Positions 1 to 11,598 of a stretch of DNA of 64,000 nucleotides are shown here, in pieces (the stretch's first letter is position 1; each line of letters starts with the position of its first letter). The DNA is taken from assembly GCF_964194025.1 (NCBI RefSeq), contig NC_134474.1:17732001-17796000 (forward strand), given 5' to 3'. The DNA comes from Convolutriloba macropyga. Taxonomy: Eukaryota. The notes below the pieces were generated by a model that had not been told where the DNA came from, did not search any database, and saw only the letters and a program-made list of their open reading frames with translations. A program made the position numbers and the translations under genes.

Positions 1-549
1 ATCTCAAGGTATTAAAACACGTCTTTCGCCTCAGGCGTACTTGTGACATATTTTCCATGACAACTTCTTACATGAGCTGCATTTTTGTTTCTAAGAAACA
101 ATTTCGATGAATCTCCGCAATGGACAAAAAAGCCACCTTTTTCAATCATTTAATAACACTTTAGCATATACCATTATAGTCTTAGCATTATCTTTGAACA
201 TAAATTATACATCAGATACATGCATAATTTTTTTCTTGAATGTGTTTATCAGAAGGTATTAAAAATGAGAACAAAATTGAAATGAAAAATGTTCAACTTT
301 AGATTTTTCATATTATTAAATGAAGTTTTGCTCTTCTGTTAATTGAGATTTTTAAAATAAATTAAAAGTATCCCAGAGTTCTACTGAAGAGATAGGTTGT
401 TAACAACACCTCTCTCGAATTCGGAACAAATATTATATATGTCGGAGGATAAGCATGAGCTAAGTAGGGTTTTATGATCAGCTCTATCAGCTTATATAGC
501 CTGGCTTTAATGGACCAACCATTTTTTCTGAAACGCAGCCGCTTATTAA

Positions 550-685
550 ATTTCATGGTAAAAAGTGACATACGAGAGTCTGGGCATGTTAAAAGAAGGT
601 GACCCGCTTTTTCACCCCTTTATTTTCGTCCCTATAGGATCTCATATGTCACTCGTACCTCATATGTCACATTTTACCATGAAAT
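550..685. repeat. MITE-like element with ~25-bp terminal inverted repeats
   Basis: ATTTCATGGTAAAAAGTGACATACGAG at 550 is the near reverse complement of CTCATATGTCACATTTTACCATGAAAT ending at 685; CTCATATGTCAC is duplicated internally. Confidence 0.5.
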
Positions 686-711
686 GTTATATTTATAGAT
701 GGAAATTGTTA

Positions 712-817
712 TAGAAGGATTTAAATTTGGGTGAAATGGTAGAGGAGAGAAATAATTTGGGGTATGCTTCCAATTACTTCTCCCCTCTGCCATTTCACCC
801 AAATTTAAATCCTTCTA
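712..817. repeat. ~106-bp near-perfect palindrome (fold-back hairpin)
   Basis: Left arm TAGAAGGATTTAAATTTGGGTGAAATGGTAGAGGAGAGAA pairs with right arm TTCTCCCCTCTGCCATTTCACCCAAATTTAAATCCTTCTA across a short loop. Confidence 0.85.
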
Positions 818-898
818 AAATGTCAAAATAGGTGTGGTTAGTTGAATCTTGGTGCAATTAATTAAACCATTTAAAATAAACGTTGAATGCCATGATGT

Positions 899-1123
899 CC
901 CGGTCATCGATCATACAACTTTCTTGGATTTCGTACTCGGTCATATATGATTCTTCGTAATTGTACTAGGTCATATATGATTTTTATGATTTCTTGGTAG
1001 TCATACAAGGATCATACAAAAAATAAAACCTACTCTCAAAAGGCTTCAATCGCTATGCTCTAGGTTGCTGATACGGAAATCATATATGGTCCTTGTATGA
1101 AATCAAAGAAATTTCAAACCGGG
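899..1123. mobile_element. Non-autonomous DNA transposon (MITE), CMC/EnSpm-like
   Basis: Termini CCCGGT...ACCGGG, flanked by 2-bp direct repeat GT (897-898, 1124-1125); internal GGTCATATATGA/TCATACAA sub-terminal repeats in both orientations. Confidence 0.55.
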
Positions 1124-1330
1124 GTAAAGCTATAAATATAAAATACCAAGATGCTGTGTTCTCTATGAGATGATGACCTCTGCGTTTTATATCAGATCTC
1201 AGACAATAACAATACAAATATGCTATTAATTTCAATTTAAGTTAACAATGGGGCATGTATTGGAGAAAAACTGACAGAAAATTTCGAAAGAATTTTTTCA
1301 CAAAATATATTTTGAGTTGTGTGTTATTTC

Positions 1331-1582
1331 TCAGCTTTGTCGGTTGATTTGATTTTCACAAATCCATGGCTGTTCTCTGCATATGAAGAAGTTCTTGAAC
1401 CAATCGAATGTTAATTGTTCCTTGAGCATGTCAAGTGTGTAGAATCTGTACAATACAGGGCCTTGAACTAGGAAGTAAGTTGTGAAGATTGTCGGTTGAG
1501 CATCATCTTCAACTATCCGAAGAGGTCCTTGGCCATAACCAACTTCAGAGATGAAGAAACCACAGCCGTTATTGTTTGTCAC
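1331..1582 (-). CDS. Unknown protein, last coding exon (VTNNNGCGFF...QINRQS*)
   Basis: Preceded by acceptor ...tatttcag; phase 0 matches the donor at 10561; open frame to TGA. Confidence 0.8.
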   Translation of the reverse strand: MTNNNGCGFFISEVGYGQGPLRIVEDDAQPTIFTTYFLVQGPVLYRFYTLDMLKEQLTFDWFKNFFICREQPWICENQINRQS

Positions 1583-4500
1583 CTGAAATAGCCGTAACAG
1601 AGGGACTAAGTTAGAAGCTCCCCTTATGCTATATCATCCCCATGATAAGTCTGATTATGTTGGAGAGCAGTCCATATCATAGTACTATTTTATGTCAAAA
1701 CTTATCAACAAATATTATGACAGCTGATAAATTGCAGAACATCAAAGCATTGTATCAACTCAAATTGCGGTAACAACAAACAACCGTTGCATAACTTAAC
1801 GATGAAATAATTTGTTAGCGCTCAATCAATACTACAAAAATTTGAAAGACCGGTAAAGCTTTGCTTTGGGATCAGACTATCGCCTTTTTTTCTAGCCAAG
1901 GTTTCTATAAAGTGAATGGCGAGAAAAGAGTGAAGTGGGGGGGGGGGGGGGTTAAGTGAGTGAAGTGGGGGGGGGGGGTTTAATGGGAAGAGTCAAACTG
2001 CAAGTAACACTCTTCATATCATGAATTTGTATTTCTTAAAGTTGGGCTACTTCGATGAATGGCGTGAGAGACTAATGAGCCCGTAAGCTCTAGGAGAACT
2101 TAATGCATTTCGGACTCTACCTGTTTATCACGTTTCTGATGACGAAAAGTCAAAAGGATCTGATGTAAAAATGGGTCAAGCAAAAATTGAATGAAAATGC
2201 CACAGGACTATAATAAAATTGCTGCGAGCTTTGCTTGAGAGCAATTAAAAACAGAGTACCGTACATATGTTATCGCCCTCTCGAAGTTATTCAACAACTC
2301 GGCTTTGCCTCGAAGTTTGATGGCGATAACAACCATGTGGTAACTTTTATTCAGTTTCCAGAGCTTAAATGTCTTTGTTTCATCTCGAAACTCTTCCGAA
2401 ACTTATCGAGAAGAAAGGGGTATGTTGTTGAAGTACTATGAGGACCTTAATGGAGATGAGGGGAGGAAGATATAGGGTACACAGGAGAATTTTTAGATTT
2501 AACAATCGACATTCCATGAGCCGTCTGATCAGAGGTCAATTCAATAGACTGGATGCATGCTCTGTTTCCTTTTAGGCTGAGAGAATTACCTTGTAGACAT
2601 TATTTTGGAAACCGATCTAATGTTTGGCCTCAAAATCAAACATGAAAAGCAAATTTCTGATTAATTCACTAAGGGAGTCATCGCTCAAATTTAAATAGGT
2701 TTAACCTGTGCGTCTTGCAGAAGTTACAGAAGAGGGGACACTATTTTTTTTTTCAAAGAAATGCGTCGCTCATTAAACTATTTTCTCTGCAAATTTTAAG
2801 GCTGCAAAACAAAACTCAAATTATCGATATATTGAATGATGACATCATTTCGTTCCATGCTATCGTCTTAAAATATAGCCAAAGTTTTTCTTCAATTTTT
2901 AGGCAAAGAAATTTGGTCGAAAATTGTCCCCAAAATTGTAATTTAAATTTTTTCACCAAACATTTCACTAATAGTAAAAACCACCATAGTTGTTCTATAC
3001 TCGTGTTAATTTTCTAACAGCTGTGCACCATGTTTTTTTTGAAAAAATATAGTTATTTTCCAGTTCAAAAAGTGCCCAGTTCAAAAAGTTTTTTGCCATG
3101 CGAGACATACATTGGTAAGATTTTTTTCGTTTTAAAATTTAGGAAAGAGTTTCATACTCAATGGTTTTGTACGCGAAATTTAGAATATCAAACTCTGGTC
3201 ACCTAAAGCAGCGTGTTTTCCAGTGATTGGTTGAAAAAAAAATCTCCAAAATTTAGGAAATTGCATCATTGTTCATTGTAACATTGCAACAAAGTACTTT
3301 AAAACATTACATAATGCTCGTAAACACGAAATCAAGAGCCCATTTTCCTTCTAAGAAAATGGTGGGTATAGACAATCTGGTACTTGCCTCCCAGAAAGCA
3401 AAACTTTGCTTGGTGGAAAGAACAGAAGAAGACGATTCGATTTACAAGTTATTAGAACTCAACACTCAAAGAAATACTTTTCAATAAACGCGTCAATGCC
3501 TATTCCGTTTACAAAAAAATCGAGTTTTGATTTCTTGCATAAAATGCGTTTAAATGTAATTTTTTCGAATGCCTTTATTACTCAGCCGTCGTCACATAGG
3601 CTTAGGATTGCTCCCACTTAATTTTCTGTATTGTTCTGCTTTGCTTCAATTGAAGATGCTAGGAAAAACTGGACACGATTTGCATTATCAATACGTTTCA
3701 AGCTTTCAAAATTATTCCAATCCTTTGCTCCTATAAACTTGTCAGCGCCTATGAGTTCTTATGAGCCTATCAGCGAACGTCAGACCAAAAATATACCAGA
3801 CTTTTAATTAAGGCAAATGGAAAACTAAATTGTATATCAATCCAAAAGCCGAAACGTACGGCTGACGTCAGTAATTTACAAAGTACTGAAGATATGACTT
3901 AGGATATCAAAATCATTTACGCCAGAAGTAAATTTTTACTAAGTTTTTTCTCAGTTGTTGCACACTGGTGTCTTAAATGCACATGGTTTAGCTTGTGTTG
4001 TGCCTGAACACACATATAAAAAAAACCACGTTGAATTTTTTTGAGTTCGGTTTTCAATAGAGGTCTAATTCCATTTTCATTAGAAGCTTGAAAAACTAAT
4101 CCTTTTGCTCTATTGAATCATAATAAGTGCAATAAAACGTATTCTATAGGCTAACCTGTTTATAAGCCATTATAGTGGTTATAACCCACTATACCTGGTT
4201 TTATAATTATAACCAGTATAATTACTGTCCAGAAAAAACTCTTTTTTTCATATTTTGGCTTTGCGAGCCCTTAGAAAACAGGTAGGCTCACAATTTTCAT
4301 ACTAGAACAAAGATTTGGACGTTTTGCTCTCAATGTTACTCATGCTGTTGTCTGGCTTATACTTTTTGTGTTTTTTTCAAAACCACATTTTGACCAATTT
4401 GAGCAAAAGTTTGACGTTTTTCATGACCACCTACTGAAAATTTTTCTTTTCACTTTTTTTAAAAGTGATACGATCTTTTTGTTTGCAGTAAAGCTAAAAG

Positions 4501-4813
4501 AATGTTGATAAAAAAGCTCAGTAAAGTGTCCTCCCATTTTCCCACTGAACATTCGTGTCAGTTTTTGCTTTATTAGTTTTTTAGGAAAAGCATTGTTGTC
4601 TGATCACCGTAGAAAAAAATAACTCTTAGAGAATTTTTGTTTTTAATGGGAAACAAAAACTTTCTGTTGCCCAACCAGAATCATGTGTTTATTGCATAAT
4701 TTCCGGATAAAAAGGTATCCCAATTTTCAACGCCTTTGACAAGTTCCGACAAGGTCTGATGTTTAGCTAAATTTAACCAAGAAAATTTCTAACGGTCATC
4801 GTTGTTTGTAATC

Positions 4814-5440
4814 TGTTGGGTTATGGGTTTTCGCAAGTGGAATAATAGGAGTTTTTAACTAAGTAGAAAATTTATTCTCAGAAAATAAGAGAATAACAAA
4901 AATGATATTTTACAGTAGATTTTATAGATTTACAGGAGAGATCTGATTATAAGATCAATATGATGATTTGATTTTGGGAAGGAAAAAATGCTCAAAAATC
5001 AGCTGTATATATACCCATTATCAGTGCGAGAATTTCCAGATACAAAACTAATCTTAGCACCATGATTTGCAGTTGGGGTCGCAAGGGTTACCCAATATTG
5101 TTTTGCCTCTGCAAATTTCCTAGAATCAGTCACAGGGGATACCATAGATGGTGTGGATTTGGAGTTTTCTAAGAATTCGTTCACAATTCCGGTGGTATCA
5201 TTATCATTCAATACATGCTGGAAAGATTTTATTAGCATGAGAAAACAATCTCACTCTTTGGATAGTTACCTAGATTCACCAATTTGAACCGAATTTTGAT
5301 TCTATGCACCATTTCTTGACGATTCTTTTATATAAACTATGTGACTGAAATCAATTTGCTCTTGTCTTGGTATTCTGGTAAATTAAACTTTCTTTTATTC
5401 TCACTAAGTTCAAAACTATAGATTGATCGATATTCTAACA
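4814..5440 (-). repeat. Copia 3' LTR (TG...CA, 627 bp)
   Basis: TGTT...AACA termini; aligns with 9750-10290; TATATATA (5006-5013) and AATAAA on the minus strand; polypurine tract TGAGTGGAGT at 5441-5450. Confidence 0.9.
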
Positions 5441-5449
5441 ACTCCACTC

Positions 5450-8400
5450 AGATTTGAGTTGATTGCGTCAAGTCAAAACAGTTCTGAATATTTCCCCCTA
5501 GATACAGGTAGAGATTTCGTAAAGATGTCGGCTGCCATTTTGTCAGAAGGAACGTAATGAATTGAATTAGTCCCATCTTCCGTCTTGTCCCGAATGAAGT
5601 GAAATTTTGTTTTAATGTGTTTGATGCTCTTGTGCATGACTGGGTTTTGGCACAATTTGATACAACTCTGGTTGTCCTCTCCAATTGCTATTGAATGTTC
5701 CTGCTGGATGTAGAAATCCTCCAGAAGTTGTTTCAGTTACAATGCTTCTTGAACTGCTGCTGCCAAGCCCTGATATTTTGTTTTTGGTGCAGAAAGAGCA
5801 ACTGCGGCCTGCTTCTTGTCACCCAAGCTGAGTGCTGCGCCACGTCCGTTAAGGTTGAAGTAAGAGCCCGTCGTTGATTTTCTGTCGTTCTAATCACCAT
5901 AACTGTTTGCATCACTTTTCCTCTCTAAATCATAACTAGCTTCTTTTGTTTAAGTAAGTTTTAAATTTTTTGAACAATGGAGATATAGCAGAAGTCGTTT
6001 TGATTGATGATAGTCGTTATGATAGCCAGTGTTGATTGGTAGGTTCGTTCATGTGTCTGGACAGAAAGGTGACTGTGATCATGATTTCTGGCCTCGTCTG
6101 TTTGGCCAGATATAGAAGTGATCCAGCCAAGCATCTGATCCAACCAAGCATCATCGTCTCCGTTCTGTGTTGTCTGAAGTTTCAAATTCAAATGAGCTGG
6201 AGTTCTTGAGGGTTTGCATTGATCCATATGAAAACGCTCAAGCATTGTTTCTATGTAGCGCTCTTGGCAACTCTGACTTTGCCTTCTTCTCGTCTGATTC
6301 TTAGGCTCAGAAACCAGTGTAAGCTCCCTCTGTCTTCCATTTGAAATGTTGCCTCGAGTGCTTTTCTGACATCGGAAACCATTTTCATGCTTCTTGATGC
6401 TACAATGATGTCGTCAACCCAGACCAAGATGACGATTTGACCCTTGTCTTTTCTCTCGCGAACAAGCGATGATCTTTCCTGCTTCTGGTGAACCCCTGTC
6501 TCAGTAGTAAGTTTGCCAGTTCCCTATACCAGATGTTAGCTGTTTCAATTCATAAATTGGTTTATTCAGTGGACATACTAACTTCCCTCCATCTTATCCT
6601 TGTTTAATAAACTCATGTGGCTGATCCAGATACACTTCTCCCTCTATTGGTGAGTGCAGGAAAGCCGTATTGACATCAAACTGCTGCATCACATGGCCCC
6701 TCACCGACGATAGTTGAAGTAGAATCTTGAATGTCTTCGGCTTACAGGTAGGCGCAAAACTCTCAAAGTAGTCCAGTCGTTCCACTTGTTTGAAACCTTT
6801 TGCCACATAGCGTGCTTTGTATTTGTCGACTTGACCATTGGGTCTTAATTTCACTTGAGAGGCCCATTTTCCCGGTACGACGTTCCTCTCTGTGGGTGTT
6901 CTCACTATAGTCCAAGTCTCGTTGTCTTGCGGTGCCCTGAACTTGTCCTTCATTGGCCGGTGCCACTGACCCCAATTGTCACCTTGTCTAGCTTCGTAGA
7001 CTGTTTTGAGTTCTACATAGTCACCCTCAGTCACACCAAAATGGGTCCTGACTTCTCCAAAAAATTGAGGAACACTCCTTGCTAGTGTTCTTGGTCTGGG
7101 CTCTGCCCTTTCCGCTTGCTCCTGTGCCTCATCCAAGAAACCAACTGTCTCTGACTGTGAGAAGTCCCCTGTTTCACTGTCTCCGAGCGGCTCCGAATCC
7201 CTGAGACTCCCTCTTGTTGCAGTAGATTCTTCATCTAGTGCAGCTTCCTCAACATCCGAGGCATCTCGTCTCAGTGTTGTTATTTAAATGTTCACACACT
7301 CTGCATCATGCCACTCCTCTTTTATTGCTGTAAATGTGCCCTGCTCTTTTTTGTTGCCGTCGTCTTAATGACCATCATCTGGTTGCCAAATTCCCAGTTG
7401 TTGTGACCCCTCATCTAGTAGGTCGGGCCTCTCTCTGGTGTTAGGGAATGAGCCCACTTCGTACTCCTTGATGATCAGATCTCAAACGGCCATCTCCTTG
7501 CATGGGTTGGTAACGTACATTAGGTATCCGTTGTCTTCTCCAGTGTAACTTACCAAATTTCCTTCCAGAGCCTTGGTTCCAAATTTGCTTACGTCTCTGT
7601 TCCTCTTCCTCAATCAAAAATTGAACATTTTTTAATTGGAATCTTAGGTTCTATACCTCGCATCACCTCTGCTGGGCATTTTTCTTTTTCTCGTCTCGCT
7701 ACCAAGTTTTTGATCCTTGTTGCGTGGAGAATGGCTGCTCCCCACGTCATCCTAAGAAGTCCTGAGTCAATCAGCAAGCATCTTGCCATCTCCGGCAATG
7801 TTCTGTTGCATCTCTCAGCCAATCCATTTTGTTGTGGCGTGTCCGGTATGGTATTTTCCTTTAGAGTGCCTGCATCTAAACAGTACATCTTGAACTGCTC
7901 TGAGAGAAACTCCTTCGCATTGTCTTGTCTCAGTTTCGTAGGCGTCCCCACACTGAGAAAAAACTTCTTTAGGCTGGCCAGTACTTCACACTTTGCCTTA
8001 ACCAAGTCCACAAACACAAACTTTGGGTACTGGTCTGCAAACACAATGCAGAACCGGAATCCTGACAGTGACTTATTTCTGAAAGGTCCCATCGCGTCTG
8101 TGAAAACCCTCTCCAGCTTCTCCTCTGCTTTGGTCTCTGCCACTCTTATTACCGGAGTCTTTGCGATCTTGGCCAATGCGCACATATTGCATACATTATC
8201 CAGTTCCCCCATTGTGTCTGGTGCATTCCTGGCAACATCCACTTGATTCAAATGAACAAGTCGTCTGCGCCACTTCCTTGCACTGATATGTTTTACGCTG
8301 TTGGGTTTCATCTTGAATTATAGAACGCTGCTGGGTAAGTAAAACAAATTAACTTCTTGTGTTAGTTTTACCCGAGTTCCATTCTGGAATTTAATGCAGC

Positions 8401-9620
8401 TATTTTTCTTTCTCGAAAGTGCAGCTATGTCCCCAGTACGTGCATCTTGAGACTGATAGGTGGTTTGTAGAATAGTCAAGCACTTACAAAACTTTTTTGA
8501 GTTCCAATGGAAATTCCCCTTTGTTTGAGGGTATGATGATCGTCACACAGCCTCTGCGCACCGCTCTGGAAACCTCTCCATTGGGATCTCTAACCACTTA
8601 TTGAATTGGAACAAAGTCCAAGAACGCGTCGGTGTTTGTCGCTATTTGATATATACAGCCACTGTCCTCTAGCATGACTGCTGTTTTCCACTGGGTAAGA
8701 GCTGCCCAGTATTCTTTGTCTGGTGAAGCGAATCTTAGGCTCATTGCCACTGACTCATGTTTTACTCCATCTCTTTGTCTCTTGCATGGCCTGTCTAGGT
8801 GTTCTTTTTCACCACACTTGCTGCATTGTGCTGTCTCATTCCTCCTGCAGTCCTTGGCAATGTGTCCAGGGATCCCACACACAAAGCTGTTTCTTTTCCT
8901 GTGTCTCTTCTTGAAAACGAGCTTCACTGCCATTGCCACTGAGCCACTTTGCCCTTGTGCCTCTTTGCTGTGCTCTCATGGAAGTTCTGTAGCCTTTTCT
9001 TCAACTCTGTGAAGTTCGTTGCCGCGTTAATGTTTTCCTGTATAACAAAACTTTCATAACAAATGGCAGACCGTTGAGGACTAAGGCGTTGGAGAGGGTC
9101 TCTGAGACCACTTCCCCTGCCTGTTGCAGCCTTGTGAGCAACTCCTGTCCTCTGATGAAGAAGCTATCCAAATCCTCAGCATCCTCGAGCGGCAGTCGAA
9201 CCAGCTGTGCCACCAAAGTCGCCACTGCCGTCGTCTCCACACTCTGAAATCTCTCTTGCAAAAGCCTCCAGGCCTGTGCTCCATCTCCTATGCCGTCATC
9301 TTCCACATAGTCATGTCTCATCAGACTAAGAGTTGTTGCATCTAGCTTCAGTGCCATATGGCACCAAACATTGTTCCGCTTCTCCTTGATGTCTGCAACT
9401 TCTTTCTCATATGCATCCTTCAGCACCTTTTGGTTCTTCTTCTCATCATTGCTCGACCCACTGACTTGTGGTGCCGTGATTTTGGGTTTCTCCTCTGTAC
9501 CAGGTAGTGATTTGTAGAGTGCCTTTGTCTGCATCATTGCCACAAATCTTGTGCTCCAGATTGGAAAGTCCTGTGCCTTTCCTGTGTAGATCAGCAGTTT
9601 CACTGTCTGTTGATCCACCT
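5450..9620 (-). pseudogene. Copia gag-pol polyprotein with frameshifts and stops
   Basis: Gag FPIWSTRF; two zinc knuckles (xFVCGIPGHIAKDC, CSKCGEKEHLDRPC); protease LEDSGC; integrase WRRRLVHLN/CNMC, FTDAMGP, RQDNAKEF, NGLAERCNR; RT KARYVAKGFKQ, FDVNTAFL, LVWVDD; RNase H EDNQSCI, AADIFTKSL. Confidence 0.9.
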
Positions 9621-9736
9621 TAGTTTGAGCAGGCAAAATAGTTGTGAAAACAAAATGTAGTAAGCCGAAAAAGATTATGACTGTCAACAAAAAATTAGTT
9701 TTTTTAAGAAATTGGTTTTATGACTTAGAAAATTGT

Positions 9737-9749
9737 TTGGCCCATATCC
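9737..9749 (-). promoter_or_regulatory. Primer binding site complementary to the internal anticodon arm of tRNA-iMet
   Basis: GGATATGGGCCAA immediately after the 5' LTR, 11/13 match to the copia-type PBS GGTTATGGGCCCA. Confidence 0.75.
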
Positions 9750-9936
9750 TGTTGACTTAAGAGTTTTTGCAAGTGGAATAAAAGACGTTTTAAACCAAGT
9801 AGAAAAATCAATTTCTCAAAAAATAGAATAACGAAAATTATATTTTACAGTAGAATTTATAGATTCACTGGAGAGATCTGATTATTAGATCAAGATGGTG
9901 ATTTGATTTTGGGGATGAATAAAGCTCAAAAATCAG

Positions 9937-10006
<70 letters not shown>

Positions 10007-10290
10007 GTATATATACCCATTATCAGTGCGAGAAAGTCAAGATACAAAACTAATCTTAGCACCATGATTTGCAGTTGGGGTCGCAAGGGTTACCCAATTT
10101 TGTTTTGCTTCTGCAAATTTCGTAAAAGTCAGTCACAGGGATACCATAAATGGTGTGGATTTACACATTCCTAAGAATTCGTTCACATTTCCGGTGGTAT
10201 CATAATCATTCAAATACATGCCGAGAAGAGTTTACATCAAATAACCTTACTCTACCTACTAATAGTTATAGTTTGATCGATATTTTAACG
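9750..10290 (-). repeat. Copia 5' LTR (541 bp)
   Basis: TGTT...AACG on the + strand (terminal CA mutated to CG); homologous to 4814-5440 but with a shorter U3 part and a (TA)n expansion. Confidence 0.9.
9938..10015. repeat. (TA)n/(TATG)n microsatellite inside the 5' LTR
   Basis: Read directly from the sequence. Confidence 0.95.
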
Positions 10291-10561
10291 TAATCGTTTC
10301 CGAGTCAAATATTGTAAAACGTCAATTGTCGATTTTTTGCTTAGAATTGTCATCATTCTGTCCTCATTCGTTTTTCTTGAATTGTTATCATACTCTCCAA
10401 ATAAATTTTATGTTGCAGGGCATATATGCCTACGAAATTCAACATACTGTTACTTTCTACTGGAAATTAATTTTTTTTTATCTAGCTTTACGGTAAATTC
10501 ACAGTTGCTTCCTTGATTGGTCACAAATCGAAGAAGCCAATAATCAGTGTGCAAAACTTAC

Positions 10562-10689
10562 CCTCAGATAATTGAGCCGTTTTCCTTGGGATGAGAAATC
10601 GGTGACTCTGGTGAAGTATTCTGCGGGAGATAGACCTTTTTCTTGTCCATTCTCAAAGTACATGTGCTCCTGGAACTCACAACACTTTC
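10562..10689 (-). CDS. Unknown protein, internal exon (G)KCCEFQEHMYF...RLNYLR
   Basis: tttctttctag acceptor, AGG|gtaagt donor, 128 nt, phase 1 in and phase 0 out, no stops. Confidence 0.8.
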
Positions 10690-10975
10690 CTAGAAAGAAA
10701 AAAATAACAGTTTTGGTCCTTAATAAACTGCAGCGCCTTCATGTCTTATCCGGAGTTAGAGAGGAGTGAAATTTTTATTGAGAGATAATTGTTCCCAATT
10801 AAAGAACTGTTTTCAATGCTGATGCTGATAAAAAAGTAACCTAGGCTTCGCATTCGCTATACATAAATCAACTAACTCACCAATAATGAACAAAACCCGG
10901 GCAAAAAATGGGTTCAAAAGAAACGACTAATTTCACAATATCTAAAAAAATATTTAATAAATGTGATTGATGCAC

Positions 10976-11121
10976 CTAACTCTTGAGTCCAGAAAGAGAA
11001 CCAGTTGATTGTTTTGTAGTGCCTGAGGGCGAGGATCTGAAAGACTTGGTTGTATCTGTCGGGCCATCTCACATTCTTCTCGGGTGTGTCAACCAGGTAG
11101 CCATAAGTGCAGAAACTGTTG
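10976..11121 (-). CDS. Unknown protein, internal exon NSFCTYGYLVDTPEK...FWTQEL(G)
   Basis: ttttgcag acceptor, TAG|gtgcat donor, 146 nt, phases compatible with both neighbouring exons. Confidence 0.75.
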
Positions 11122-11187
11122 CTGCAAAAGTCATAAAACAATTAGCATATTTCACCATAGTAATATTCATCAAGTTATTTTTTTTAC

Positions 11188-11228
11188 CACAAGCTACTGA
11201 TCTGCTTTGCCTTCAAACATCGCCCCAT
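11188..11228 (-). CDS. Unknown protein, candidate first coding exon MGRCLKAKQISSL(C)
   Basis: ATG at 11228, donor GTG|gtaaaa at 11187, 66-nt intron, phase 2 joins the next exon as TGC (Cys). The true start could lie further upstream. Confidence 0.5.
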
Positions 11229-11598
11229 GCCCTGTTATTCGTCTTCCATATGCAAAACAATTTCTATGTAAACAAACCAATTTCAGATTTAGCTCTGTTT
11301 TGTTCAGTTTTATCGAAATATGGTTTATATAGTCCTAAAAGAGGTGGGACTAGCCATTACAAACAATTTCTATTAAACACATTTACATTCGTCGGCTATA
11401 TGAGTCGCAAACGTTTTACGCTTCTTCATGTGTCGAGGAAAAGTCTTTTCAGCCTTGATAAGGATCGATCAAGCATAGAACCTGCTGAAAATAAAGGCTC
11501 AATTGAAACAAATAAAACAGCATTGCAGCGTGCTCAAGTTTTTCGATGTACCTTGTTTGTGAAAATGCTTCCCATTTTGAGAAATTAGCGGCTGAATT

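Larger units (their letters stand above)
4814..10290 (-). mobile_element. Ty1/Copia LTR retrotransposon, full-length but degenerate
   Basis: Two LTRs, 5-bp TSD TAATC (4809-4813 and 10291-10295), domain order gag-PR-IN-RT-RH on the minus strand, PBS and PPT present. Confidence 0.95.

Noticed and set aside
4999-5238. 79-aa ORF inside the 3' LTR
   Set aside because: The frame is not kept in the 5' LTR and it runs into the TATA box; most likely chance.
7710-9345. Plus-strand ORFs (178, 112, 63 and 73 aa)
   Set aside because: Antisense shadows of Copia gag-pol.
10983-11588. 201-aa plus-strand ORF
   Set aside because: Non-ATG start, overlaps minus-strand exons that have clear splice sites, and composition is not protein-like.
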